The notes beneath the pieces are model-generated. The model worked only from the letters and a program-made list of their open reading frames with translations, ran no database searches and was not told the DNA's origin. DNA of 64,000 nt. Origin: Utricularia gibba. Taxonomy: Eukaryota > Plantae > Magnoliophyta. The stretch covers positions 1,054,001-1,118,000 of the forward strand of contig CM007991.1 of assembly GCA_002189035.1 (NCBI GenBank), given 5' to 3'. The translations under genes were made by a program, and so were the position numbers. Positions 18,912 through 32,600 of the stretch are shown piece by piece. Positions within the stretch are counted from its first letter, which is position 1, and the number at the start of each line of letters is the position of its first letter.

Positions 18912-20565
18912 TGTGAGACTGCCTGTAAAACAGTTTAGAGAGGAAAACCTTCTATTGGAATCAACACCAGTCATTGATTTCCAGCACTGGAGCATGATCA
19001 CATGAATCATTTGCTTTCACGTGAATGATAAGACAAAACTCATGCAAAAGCACACTGATGGAGTTAAACAACACCATTTCTAATAAACACCCTTTTGTTT
19101 CTAGTTCCAGCTGTGCCCAAACATTACCAACTTTCCCACTCAAATCAAATATTTTCCAATCTTCACTAACGTTCATGAAAACATTTCTAATACACCCTTC
19201 CAAATACATGCTCTTGACAAGAGTGAAACAATCAAAGCAATCAAAGCTGAAGTGAGAAAAACAAACACCTTCAAGAATCAAACAACAAATAGTTTCACAT
19301 TCACCAATAAGAAAAATCAAGAGTTCAAGTGGTAAAGCACCTGGATTCTTCAGGATTTAAAAAACGTGATCAAGCCACAAATGTTGTAATGACTATGGAA
19401 ATCCCTGTTCCTTGGATGGCTATTGTGACCGGAATCGAATGGACAGAGTTTGCTGCAATGTCAGAGAGTAGGGACTAGAAATCTTGTCAAATTCCAACTG
19501 AAATGAAAGGACTTTCGATGAAAAAAAATGCTAGGAACAGAGGATAATCATTCTGGGTATCGTTTTTGGCTGAAGACACTAACTCTACTGGCCCCATTTG
19601 TCGTCAAGTCTTTGATGGTGGCGGTCCTAGACTAACCCGTACTGGATCTGGGGAACAATGGGGAAAGGAATAATACCCAGTTCTTCAAATTCGCTTACGA
19701 CTCACGTTCCAACTGAAAATGTAGAATTACAGAGGGGGTGTCGGAGAGTGAAAGCAGTTATCGGCAAAAGAACACCGACTTCCGGCCACTGGAGCACCGT
19801 GAAAATAGATTAATGGATCATTCGCTGCTTGTTCTTTAAGCCCAAACGTAAGGAACTATTTTCAGTGGGGTTGGGGTCATGAGTCGGTGAGATGATGTTG
19901 CTAATCAGACCAAGCCCTTTCCAACTTGGTATTTCTCTTGCAACAGACTAAACGAGCAAACTCAATGTGAAACTACATCAATCAATGTTGTTCGTTTAAC
20001 TCCTGGCCTTCGGATCAGCCACCTGGTCGCCGCCTTCGAGTTTCCGGCGTCGGAAGGTCTGATCCATTTTACGGTAGCATTGTTGCGCCTTGCAAGATTC
20101 GGCATTTTCCAACACTCCAAGCTCGTCTGCCGTGAACTGCGTTGATGACGCACCTGAGACCACGTACTTTCGTTAAAAGGAACAAATGTATGTTTCGCCC
20201 CAAAATTTTGGAATATTTCAACTTAGTCCTCATTCTATATACAAGGCGTTCTTGATAATTAGTTACCCTCCCTATTTAAAAAGAATTCACCAACATTAAT
20301 ATTTATAAGGTTATTAAATATTTAATTATTATTGTACGATTGCTTTTTAATTCTTTTATATTAAATTATAATATTTAAAATTATTTCATCTTTCCTATAT
20401 TAAAATTTAGTTAAATTTATTTGATAAATGTGACAAATTTATATTTATCTCAAATATTAATATAAAAAATTTATATTAAAAATAATCAAATTTTAAAGGA
20501 AGCTGATTATTGTGGACTTGTGTTCATGAATAATGTCATGCTACATGCGACAGTAGAAGTGATGC

Positions 20566-23409
20566 TCACTGGATAGGTGATATTGGAGAGCTTCCGGTGC
20601 TCTGAGAGTCACCCCTCCAAGCTCCCTGAACCTGAGCAGCAAACTGCAGATTCCACAAAACATCTTCGATCGACGGTCTTTCGCCGGCATCGGCGACCAA
20701 ACATCGCAAACATATGTCGATCATTGTTCTGATTGATTCGTTTGCGCATCCGCTGTCGACCATCGGATCAACCACGCTCCTCTTTGGCGCTTCCTCACTT
20801 GCCATTGCAGCTTTGAACTGCATTCACCATCAAGGTAAGGATGCCCATGGTTAAACCTGTCTAAAGAGGCTCACACAGAAATTGAGTACCTCATCGTGTA
20901 ATGATTCGATTTCGTTGCTTGAATTTACAGGCTTTCCGGATATGACTTCGAGTAGAATGACTCCGATGCTATAGATGTCCATCTTGTCTTGATGCTTCAT
21001 CCTGCAAATTTGCAATCATTTACTTGTTACTTGGTATCTGAAAGCTGAGGAAGCACAGGTTCACCTTGAGTGTGTGGAATCTTTCGATCCAAACATGGAG
21101 TTTCTTGGATGATCCTGTAAATTCCAGCAAATGAATCAACATCCAGGGGGTGAAGATGATCAGAGCAACAAACTCCTTTCACTTGCTACCTTTGCTATGT
21201 TTTCTGATATCCATGGAAGGTTGGAGGTGTTGATTTTCGTGACTAGATTCTGGTCCAGGAGAACATCTGTTATCCTGATGTTGTTGGCAAAGAGACCTGG
21301 TACTATACCAGCATGAAGGAACTGTACACCTTTTGCAACACCAGTAACAGCGGCGATGCGTTGCGGCCATGTAAGGCTTCTCCCGGCTGTCTTCTCTGTG
21401 GAGCATAACAATGCACCAGATGACAAAAAATGCAGCATTCAGAGGGTTGGATTGCTACATTGGACACTAGGGGATCAAATCTAGTTCAGTTACCAGATGT
21501 CCAGTCTCTTAGGGTCCCATGATGCACAGCCTCAAAAACCAGATATATCCTGCATACATGCAATTCATCCGAGTGGTACTCGAAGCAGTGTCCAAGAGCA
21601 GTTACCAAATGATGATGTCTAAGTTTTGAGATCATTTCAATGTGAGGCCTGAAGTATTGAGTGCTGCGGTTTCTTTTGATCTTGAGGCACCTGATAGCCA
21701 CAGAAGAACCGTCTCTTAGTTGCACCTGGACTCGAACCGAAAACCCGTGAATATTTTTATTGAAACAAGGTATCATTATCATCAGGTACCATGAATACCT
21801 GATTATGAAAGCCTTCTTCCAGGATAGGTGATCTGCTAGTGTTTGGAGCTGCCTCTTTGATCTCTTCCAGTGTAAATGTCTTGTATGCTGGAAGTCCAAG
21901 AGTTCCAAGCTTCTTTGATTCAGTTACATACCCTGCAAGCAACACGGGAGAATTCTTCAAACCATGCTGTGAATTCAGTGAATAGTGAGCATGAAATGAA
22001 GTTGTTTCACTTCAAAACGCATCCGTCCATTGCAGCATAAGAAGATTCAGAATCATACCCGATGAAACAAGTAACTTACTTGCATCTTGTAAAAACTTTG
22101 GAGTGTAACTTTTGGATTGCTTTTGTCCAAGTCCCGGTACTGATCTCCTTGCTTCCCTTTTCGAGAGGATGTGCTTGACTGTAAAAGATCCTGCAGCAGC
22201 TAATAGAATTCCTCCCACAATAACAATGGATACACTTAAAAGCAGAGCTGTTTTTGAAGTTCGTTTTCTTGGGTGAGGTAATATTCCTACAGCAAGAGCT
22301 TCATTCCTACACGATGAAACAGGCTGTTGATGTTCATCATCATCCCCTACTTCCAAACAATTTTCAGCATATCTGAAAACCCTTTTCCTGGAATCAGACA
22401 CCAAACACTGAGGCAACTCTCCAGTCAGCATATTAGAAGATACATTCACAAACTCAAGCTCAGGATTGCATTGCAGATTCTGCTGAAGCATTCCTGTAAG
22501 CCTATTATCCGAAATATCCAGGTAAGTTAGCGAGGGAAGGGACAACACAGACATTGGAAAAGGTCCTAAAAATCTGTTGGACGAAATGTCCAAGGTATTC
22601 ATCAGATAGTATGACGTAACATTCACTGGGATGCTGAAGCTGAACTTATTTTTCCTCAGCATGATCCTCTCTATTTTGTTTCTAACAACTGGAAAGTGAG
22701 GTCCAAGAAGATTGTTTTCCAAGTCCAGAACTTGAAGGTTCACCAAAAAGGCAAGATCTGGTACTTCACCGGAGAAATTGTTATTACACAAGGCAAGAAT
22801 CCTTAAATTCTCCAAAGTTCCCAAAGACTGAGGCAAAGATCCTGACAATGAATTGTTCCTCACACTCAAAACAGTCAAAAGTGAAAGTGAACCTAGCCCT
22901 TCTGGAAGCACACCAATAAACTTATTGTCATCAAGAATAAGAGTCTGAAGATTCTTCAAAGTGTACAAACTCTGAGGTATGTCACCCTCGAAATAATTTG
23001 AAGTCAAGTTCAAAATTTCTAAGCCTGAGAGGCGAGCAATCTTGCTTGGCAGATAGCCCCATAAGCCAAGAGAAACTAATTTCAGAACTTTCAAGCTTGG
23101 GAGCCTTACGAGGGTAGCAACAAATGAATCAATAGAAAAATTTCCAGGTAACTTAGTACTTACATTTTCCCCAACAATGTGCAATTGAGTTATGCTTCCT
23201 TCGTAACAAACCACAGTGAATGATGAAGTTGGTTCAATGCTACAAAAATTAGTCTTTCTATTCCAGGAACTAAGAGAAGGTGGAGAGTTGAGAAGCAGCT
23301 TTACTCTGAGAAGCGTATGAACTTGGGAAGACTGTTTTTGCTCAGAGGTCCAAATAAGCAGGAGAAATGAGAGCAGGAGACTTACCATGCATGCTTGCTT
23401 TTTTTCCAT
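20566..23409 (-). CDS. Probable inactive LRR receptor-like kinase (LRR-VI / At3g03770-like)
   Basis: Signal peptide, LRRs (LPSLKVLKLVSLGLWG, LQTLILDDNKF), TM segment, kinase-like domain (VAIRCLK, HIEMISKLRHHHLV, WPQRIAAVTGVAKGVQFLH, RPSIEDVLWNLQFAAQVQ) lacking HRD and DFG. ATG at 23409. Confidence 0.93.
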
Positions 23410-25716
23410 CAGAACCACAGAAAACAGGTTTTTGTGTCAACAGCTTGTTCAAATTCTATCAAATCTGCCGATGCAAGAACCAAAACAAATCTTTACAGTA
23501 CACATTCCCATATCAGTTTGCAGCGACAGCTGAGCGGCTGAAATAAGTATAAGATGCAGCATTCAGTTTCCAACATAGGAAAAGCCACCCACCAGCTTAA
23601 AACAAGAAGAATCATACCTTCCTTGGAAGCGAAGCCAATTTCCTTCAGGAAACCTTCATGAGAAGCCTTGTTTCAGTTGCATTGAGACTCATACCAAGCA
23701 CATTTTGAAGAAAATGGAAAACCCAAATCCAAAAAGTCGGCCTATTTCTCTTAAATGAAGCAACCCTCATCAGCCACCATCAAAAATAACCCACAACTTT
23801 TCGATGAAGAACCGCAAAACTCAGTAAAGTCATCAGTCACTTAGTGAACTTCCTCCAAAATAGCCAAGATTCTACTGCAATACTCACTGCTTTCTGGAAA
23901 GAAAACTGAGTTTATCATGCAGAGAAGTAGACAGAGAACTAGACTCCATGAAACTCAGTGCCAAGATCCCTCCACTTTTTACCAAACCTCATCAACACAA
24001 CACAGCATTCTCCCATTCACAACATGGAGCTTTTGATGCAGACACCTAGTTGGAATCAACTACAAAAGAAAAAGCAAATCCTTTTTTTTTCCTTTTTCTG
24101 ATTCTTTTAATGGCTGAGAGGGCCCCGAGCTGGCTGGGCATCGGCACATTATGCAGTGAATTGAAAACCCACAAAAATCTATTTCTAGAAAAGGGATAAT
24201 CATCAAAAAACCAACCCGCGATTTGTATGGAAGCTTAGAAACTAGGAATTTATTGCTTTAGTACGTGAAGTTGTTTTCAAGTTTGGCAGTCTGCTTCTGG
24301 GTTGAAGCGTAGCTCTCTTGTCTGAGCTGTGACCACCACCTCCATTTGACGTCTGTCGGTCTTCCCATTAAAAATCTCACTGCAAAAACAGAACAGGTGG
24401 GGTGAGAGCTGCAGTTATCATGCAAACACTTCACCAGCCACCTTGGGTAAAATTCATTTCACAGCATCTGCGTAAAATCTCCGATATCGTTTTCACATCC
24501 ATATTGATATTTGGACAGACCCGTAAACTCTTTCCGTACCTGGTGGGCGCACCACCATCCCAGCTCTTGTCGTTCCAACAATTTCGCCCCAGTCCGCCCA
24601 TCGCAGAAAGCTAGCAACTTGATAGATATTCGGCCCAACCCCTCATCCGTACGGGCGCGGGGCCTTTGAAAACCCAGTCTGGGTTAGACCCAACATCAAT
24701 TTGAATTATTTTTTATGTCATGCGAAGCCCAAATATCAAATACATTTTTTTGATATTAAATTCATCATTTCAACTTTTTTTATAATAGGTTAAATAAAAT
24801 TCAATAATTTTTAATTATATTTAAAATATTATTTATATGAATTAAATCCATTTTCTGATATAAATACGATGCTAAATCAGATCTAATCACTTGTTATGTT
24901 AAAAGACTCCCTAGCAATAGAATCTAAACCTTGTGTCCTATGTTCCTGATCAGTTTGGCCCAGACTATTATTCCTTTTCTTGGTGGGTTCATGTAATTCG
25001 AACAATTTAATATGATTTAATAATAAATATTTTTTTAAAAAAACAAACAATTAAATATAATCGAACCATAATTAAATCGTGAATCCTGTATTCACATTAG
25101 AACATAGTTTGTGTTGTGTCCGGAATCACCGGGGGTCAAGGTAGTGAATGTAGTGGAATTATTTTAAGAGTTAATCTGTGGATTGGGTTCACGGGTTTTG
25201 ATTCAAAAAGGCAGAATTCCGGTTTTTAATTATTAAATATATTCCCTTGACCCGCGTACGCTACCGAGTATGAGTTATAAATGTTACACCAAAATCTTTG
25301 TTAGGCACGTAACATAGCCCCCAGACAGGTCCACTCTTCCTAATCCAATCATAAATTCAAAATTTTACGTCATTCTATTATAATTCCATGTTTTGAAAAT
25401 AATGAATCATCTTTACGTCGAGATTAGAATCCCGAATCGCAATATCTTGATCATACTTAATGAGAAATAAAAATGATATTTCTCGAATATTAATGTTTTA
25501 TCTCCATGTATAAAAGATAAACTAAATATTATCAATTTTTTAAATGACTCGTATTATATGTATTATTTCTCTTCTTCGTAACCTTTGAATGATTTTTTAT
25601 ATCGAAAAAATTAATCAAACGATATTCACTGGCTATTAGCATTGAAAATAAATAAAAACATAATAATCCGGAAAAAGAAGAAAATCAAGTAACCAAGCCT
25701 AAAGTCTAAGGTCTTA

Positions 25717-25765
25717 GAGTTCGTTTGATAGCAAAGTATTAGTATATTTAAGTATAGTGTTATAT
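25717..25765 (+). repeat. Copy B of the dispersed AT-rich repeat (possible MITE end)
   Basis: Ungapped similarity to the reverse complement of 3555-3602; GTTTGATA resembles Tourist-like TIR cores. No convincing second TIR or TSD. Confidence 0.45.
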
Positions 25766-27831
25766 TATAAATAACATTTGATACGTTAAAGTAGAATTTG
25801 AGTATATGAGTGGTATATATATAATTAGTCCCTCCCTTCATTTATATATATCACCATATATTTAAAAAATAAGTATGTCGATGATATAATCATGTAAGAT
25901 TAGTATACATATATTAAACAATCAAATAATGATATATGTATAAATTTAAATATAGAACTTATATACTCTCTTATCAAAAAAGCCTCACCTCTTAGTTATG
26001 AGTCAATGAGAGGATAATGTCATATGGTAATCATTAAAAAATATTTTATAAATTATAAAAAAAATAAATATTGAAATTATAAATTTAAAATAATATTAAT
26101 GAGGAAATGATGTGTCATGGCATGGAGGCATGGCACGGTACCATAATAAGTACAATCTGCCTCACTATTTGTAGACCACCCGTCGCAATCAACAGCATAA
26201 AAGGACGCGCTTCAGATCCACCGCCCCAAATATAGCAATAAAGTAATTATTCTCGATTGGGGTTCGCCATCAGATCCAAATTTGGAACCATTATTACTTT
26301 TATTATTATAATTATTAAAAAAAATTAACCACAAAAGTAATAGGAGTAGTTGACGCTTACTCGGAAGTATCAGGACAGCATCAGAAATCATGACATCATC
26401 TCACTATATTTATATCATGTATTATATAGTTCTCTAATTATTAATGAAAGTTTCATTAATAAGAACCGAGTTTACAAAATTGAATTCACTTGCAACAGTT
26501 ATTTTAGGCTTGTTTTTTTTTTAAATTTTTATATTAAATTATGTGTAATACAAATTGGTTTTAATATTTTATGAATACTATTTTGTAAGATGATATAAAA
26601 TTATATTATAGATTTTAATATGTTAAATTACGTGTTGTAAAAATTAATATATGATTTAAAGTGATAGTATATATGGATTTTTTGAAATATATACAAGAAA
26701 TACTATAATTTTTTAATTAATATATTATTTCATTATTAAAACATATATTTAATAAATTTAATAATTTCTGAAATTAATCATATAATTTGAATTTGAATAA
26801 AATTAAAATTTTCGAAAATTAAACAAAAACAAATCAAAATATTTAGTTTAAAAACACGCTATTTATCGTAGATACTATTATTATTTAAAAGTATATCACA
26901 CTATTTGATATAATATTTTAAATATCGATATTTTTTGTAAAAGAAAATATTTCCTAAATTTCTTGAAAATTTTATATTTTCTCCAAATGCTATGAGACTA
27001 TTTTATGTTTTTAATCTATAATTTAGATTATGTAGATAAAATTAATTTTCAGATTTATAAACAGAATTAGTTTTTATGTTGTAAAGCTATTTTATGAAAT
27101 AGAATTAAATTAAGTATTATAGTTTTTATTTTTATTTAATACTCAAAATAAAATTTAATAAATTTGATAAATTTTAAAATTAATTTTAAAAATTAAATAA
27201 GATGACTTAACTCCGATCTAAACACCAAAATTTCCGAATTCCGATGAGGCGGTGGCTTGAGCGGAGAGAAGAGCATCGAAGATTTACCGTTTACCGGGGA
27301 GTCCCAAGTCGTCGGCGCCGAGTGGGTGAATCAGGTTGCTTTCCTAAAACAGTGTACGCTCTCTCTCTCTAGTTTCACTGTGCGCAATCGTGGGGCGGGA
27401 GAAAACTGCCTCCTCCTGGGTTTGAATTAAGAGCCCTACTTTCAGTCGTGATTTGGGAACCACACAAAATGGTTTTAGAAAAATTAAATGAATTTAATTA
27501 CTCATAAAATATATATATACACAAAATCGGAAGACGGAGAAGGAATTCTTTGGCATGTGACGTTAAAAAAAATAACATTATTATAAGCTGGGTATTTCTC
27601 ATTTTCATAGCAGCCTGCATTGCGGAACAGCTTCGTGAAGCCCATGGTTTTCTCAGTTTCTCCTTTACATCGATCACGAACTTATCCATCCACACCTCAT
27701 CTTGTCTCTCCTCCTCTATATAGTTTAGTCTTCGTCTTCCCAGATCTGCAGTGTACTGGACCTTGCGAAAGTGAAGGCTAACTACGAAGAGATGGAGTGT
27801 TTTTGTTGTCTGTAGAAGGAAACACAAGGGG

Positions 27832-29047
27832 ATGAAGATTGAGGATCTGGGTGGTGTTGTGGGGAGGAGAATGAGATCGGAAGCGCTTGGACAGAGTGAT
27901 AAGATTATCAAGAAGAAAAGGGGTAGCAAGAGAGTGACGATCCAGTTAAGAAGGCCTGTGTATACTGTTTCCTGGAACTTGCAGCAGCTCTTTGAGGCCT
28001 GTGTTCATGTCTTCAAGTCTCCTGGATCTGTTCCTTCTTCTGATGATGTGAAGAAGGTGTGCCGAATCCTCGGTAGGCGATCGAAAGGCTTCTTCGTATG
28101 TTGGCTTTCTTTTGATCCTTCCTTGTTCTGATTTCGATCTGATGTTGGTAGATAGGATGAACCCTGAAGATCTTGGACTCAGCAAGAACCTTGGATTCTT
28201 CAGTGCTAAAGCGGAAGTTGATGTAGCTCCAAGAGTGACCTCTGCTACAATATACAAATGCCAAAACTTTGAGGTCTCCTCATTTAACCAGAGAAGTCTT
28301 GATACAGATTGATTCGTTGGTTTGTAACTCATGTTGTGTATCATGATCTTGTGCAGATGTGCATCTTCTTTCTCCCAGCAACCTCTGTAATACCTCTTCA
28401 CAATCACCCAGAGATGACCGTGTTCAGCAAACTTCTCATTGGGAAGCTTCACATCAAAGCATATGACTGGGCTGGTGAATCAGTTTCCACTTCACCATGT
28501 AACCGTAAGCTTTTCTCTTTGACCCAGAAATACCACTGTAACTTGTAAATCACCCAGAAATACCATGATGTTTGTGTCGCTTATGGGCAGTTTGTGCTTC
28601 ATACCAGGTAGACTAGCAAAGCTGAAGGTTGACACGGAAGCAAGTGCTACAAGTGGAACAAGTGTGCTGTATCCCACCACGGGAGGAAACATCCATGAGT
28701 TCAGAGCAATAACACCATGTGCAATCCTTGACATCCTCGGACCACCATACTCAAAAGATGACAATCGAGACTGCTCGTACTACAGGGAAACGGATCGTGG
28801 ACTTTCATCTGGTATGGGAGCTACCATTTATCTATTCTTATAATCATTTTTATCACCGTTAACAATTTGAAGTGCTAACAAAATCCCCCTGTGTTTGTTT
28901 GTGGTAGCAGACAGGGAAGAGTTGGAACCAGAAGTAGAAGACAGCAATGGCGTGTACAGATACCTTGAGGAGATTGAAACACCAAAGGAATCAGAAATGG
29001 ATGGAATTGAATACATGGGTCCAAAGATCATTGCTTCTGCTTCATAA
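27832..29047 (+). CDS. PCO: Plant cysteine oxidase (PCO1/2-type thiol dioxygenase), 5 exons
   Basis: IPLHNHPEMTVFSKLL, GGNIHEF, CAILDILGPPYS, RDCSYY motifs; metal-binding His triad present; ends GIEYMGPKIIASAS*. Confidence 0.95.
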
Positions 29048-29691
29048 TGTTAATGCAATTTGTTGCTAGTTTGTAGTTGGCTTGGTATAGCAATTAGGGA
29101 ACCCTAAACTCAACCCCCTTACTCACCCATACAAAAAAAAAAAAAAAATCAAACTTTTAGCAACGCAGTGAATCTGTCTTTTGTCTTGGTGTGAATGCGA
29201 AAACGTCGTCGTTAGAGTAAGCGCCCTTCACACCCCGCCATCGACCTGACCCAGGATCAAAACAGAAAACACCGAAGTTGGGAAAATATTTCACAAGGTA
29301 ATATCTTATAGTATTATTTCTGATTACACATACTATTTAGTAAGTAATAAAAATTTCCATTGGAAAAAAAAAATGTAACGTTACACACGGTAGAAAAAAC
29401 AAAGGGCTAGCCTACTACCAGATACAAAGAATGGCAATGCTCTTTATCATACATTTTGTGTACCTAAAATTCCGGTGCGGCGGTGGGTTCAGTGATTTGA
29501 GCTACTCCGCAATCAGGGGTAATTCAAGACAAACAGAGGTAGAACCCGAGAGGGCCTTTCTCCGGTCTCAGTAATTTCTGCACCGAGAAGAAGCAGAAGC
29601 AGAAGCAGAACCGGGTACGGTACCAAACCAAGCTTTAAGCAGAGATGGATGGCATGAATACTCGGACTGAAGATGAGGTGTTAAAGGAGCA

Positions 29692-32600
29692 TCACAAAGA
29701 TAAATCACTAGTTTGAGATGAGAGTGAAGGTTCTGCATCTAAACTGGGTTCCAACAAAGGCCGTAGAGTCCTCTCCACTTCACGACTTTGTAAACTGATC
29801 TCTTCAAGGATCATATTTAACGCATACTTGCAAGATTCCTCATCCCTGAATGCTAGAGTCCACCTGCCATCAACTAAAGCCTTTGATTTCGCTTTCCCAT
29901 GGGGAGTATAGCTTGAAGCATCGGCAAAAGGGAAGGATGACGGTCGAATCCGAAGGTGCAGCCACCTTGACTGTTTTGCATCTATTCTTGGCTGAAGGAT
30001 AATAAATATATGAGAACATGAAGGCAAAAAGCTTCACGTGAACTTGATTTCACTGAAACAGTTCATTGAACTTTATTCCTAGAGCATCATGGATATAAAC
30101 AATTCACTAGATAACGTCACTCACATTGGATCCAGCCAAGGGAGCTAGAACCCGAACAACTCCATAGCGTGGCTTCATGGGGTACTCATCTAGTAGAACT
30201 AGCCACCCCGAGCTTCCATAAGAAAGTGCTAGAATGTGAAAATTGCGTTCTTTGCCTCTTTCAAATGCAATTCGACAAGGGACTGCATCCACTGGAGGGG
30301 GGTCGAAAAGCAAGTTTGTAACACATGCATCGGTAAAGCCTTAGAAGATGACAAGCTTTTGCAATTTGAAATAAAAAGAAACTTGAATTCAAGGTTACCG
30401 AGATTTATTTCAGTGTTCGGTTTTAAACCTGCTGGTTTAATTCCAGCATTTTTGGCTCTGGATTCATCCAGAATATCAATTGTGGAGGCTATAGGAGGTT
30501 GCTCAGGCAAGACTTTCCCATGCAAAAAACTCTGAAGATGATGGAGTAGCACGAATATCTGAGAATAAAAGCACAACTCGAATTAGGAAATAGAATTTTC
30601 TGAAGAATAAGTACGTGAATCCAACAAGGCAATCTGTAGTCAAAAGTTTCATCCACAATTGTGTGTATCTATAAAATGGAGCAACCTTGACTGTTTCATG
30701 TGTTCTTTCTGCTGCTGCGAAAGAAGATTCTTGCCCAGCTATCTCTGTGACAACAGAAAGATAGAACTTAATTCATGTGATGTAGGATGCTCTCAGTCCA
30801 TATGCATTCAAGTGGAAGGACAAGAGAGAAAAGTTGGTTTAGGCAAGAGTACCATCAACAGCAGGCTTTTGGGGTGGCAAGAGTATAGATTTGGGATCTT
30901 TCTTAGGAGAAGAAGCTTCCATCGCTACAGGTCAAATCAGTAATGTGAATTGTTCCAATATAATGAACCTGCCATAATTAGGAAAGAAGAGGAAGAAGAG
31001 TGGCGTTGGAAAGGTGAAAAGAGTGAAGACCGACCTCTCTTGCACTTTCTCCACTCGTCGCATAGAACTATTTTCAACAGGTCAGACCATGTTCCTCTTG
31101 TTTCCTCCAGGACACGAATAATGTAATTGCTAAATGACTCCTAAATATATACAAAAAAAAGCATTATACTAATAAATAGAACTACTGAAACAGTGAACAA
31201 TAGCAAATGAAGATACATTAACATTGCTAAGAACTATGACAACAATAGCACAAAACACCAGAATCAGCAACTGCTCTTCCAAGCATGTACGCACCTTGAG
31301 GACTCTAAGGTGATTTCTATTGTACTCAGCCTCGCTGTAAGGCAACAACTGGCGCAGCAGCCACCCACCATCCCACAAAGTCTCAGCCAAGACATTTGAC
31401 CTGTTAAAAAGATTGACAAGCGCAACAAGTACCTACAGACCAAAGCATAGGGCGAAGTGTTCCACTGAGTTTAATTACGGAAGAACATAAATCAAATGAA
31501 TATAATGCAGAAAATTTGCAAATCAGAACAAGTCAAACTAAATTGGAGAACAAAGGTCGGGCTACACAGAAGATGCCAAGCTAAATGTGAAAAAAAAAAG
31601 ATGGTCAATAAAATAGGATCCAATTATCGGATCCCAGGCAGCAACTATTTAATAAGAAGATTGCTAAAATATTATACACTAAAAGAAACATACAAAGAGA
31701 GTGGGAGGAAGAACGATTATTAAAAAAGGAAAAAAATTAAGATTACAGAATCACAGCATACTTGATATCTATGCATGCGAGCACTCATGCCATTGACCAT
31801 GCTTTGACAAGATATAGCCCCATAATCCTGGTCATTGAAATCATGTAAGTTCTTTGGGTTCAGCTGAAATCAGATATGTAATTGCGGAAGTAAAGTTGAT
31901 AACCCCCCTCAGATGCACTCACAGGAGTCAAAACAAAGTTCATCTATATGTATCGGAAAGCAGAATGACTCAGTCCTGCAGTTCATATTTCAATTTAAAA
32001 TTTTTCCTAATGAGACTTATCCTATGTTCTTTTAGGCGCATTGTGGTTGCAGCAGGGCAAATGGAAAATATGTTACTTGAGAGAATTAAAAGAACATAGA
32101 GTTTCTTTTTGTTTTTGACACAACATCAAGGGTTAAGTCATACTAAAAAAGACACAGAATAGCAAGAAAATATAATGGAAAATTCCTTCCTAAATATCAA
32201 GCATATATACCTTTAACTTTTGCATGTAAATATCAAGCTCACTGCTAATGCCATCTTCAATCCCATCACTTGAGAAAAGTTGCTCCTCTCCAGAATCTTC
32301 CCCTACCAATGCTTGCTGGACATTCAAAAGACAAGAATCCACAATAAGCATAGGAGTGACTATGGCTGCTTCATATTAATCAAATGTATTTCAGTCTCCA
32401 GTGATCCTAATAATGTGTGTATATAACACTCTTATCACTTCCATTCAATTTCAATACTACACTTTCGAGCAATTCTGTACTTCATTATCAAGTATTCAAG
32501 TAGAGAACAAGGTGGGATATGCCAAATGTGAAAAAAACAACAACAAATGTTGCAGTACCTCAAGTGTGAAAATTTAGTCTACCTATCTTTGTAATCCTAT

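Noticed and set aside
23410-23418. Non-ATG ORF-track starts (23418; also 15810 and 49140)
   Set aside because: These are GTG/TTG calls; nearby in-frame ATGs (23409, 15771, 49119) fit the family N-termini.
26280-27220. Very AT-rich block with small ORFs
   Set aside because: No coding signal, TIRs or periodic repeat discernible by eye; ordinary plant intergenic DNA.
29094-29148. TTAGGG-AA-CCCTAA inverted telomere-like hexamers followed by A16
   Set aside because: Single unit only; no telomeric array, retroposon body or TSD. A16 is likely a simple homopolymer.
29590-29610. (GAAGCA)3 repeat between PCO and TT9
   Set aside because: Short simple repeat; not CRISPR-like and no spacers.
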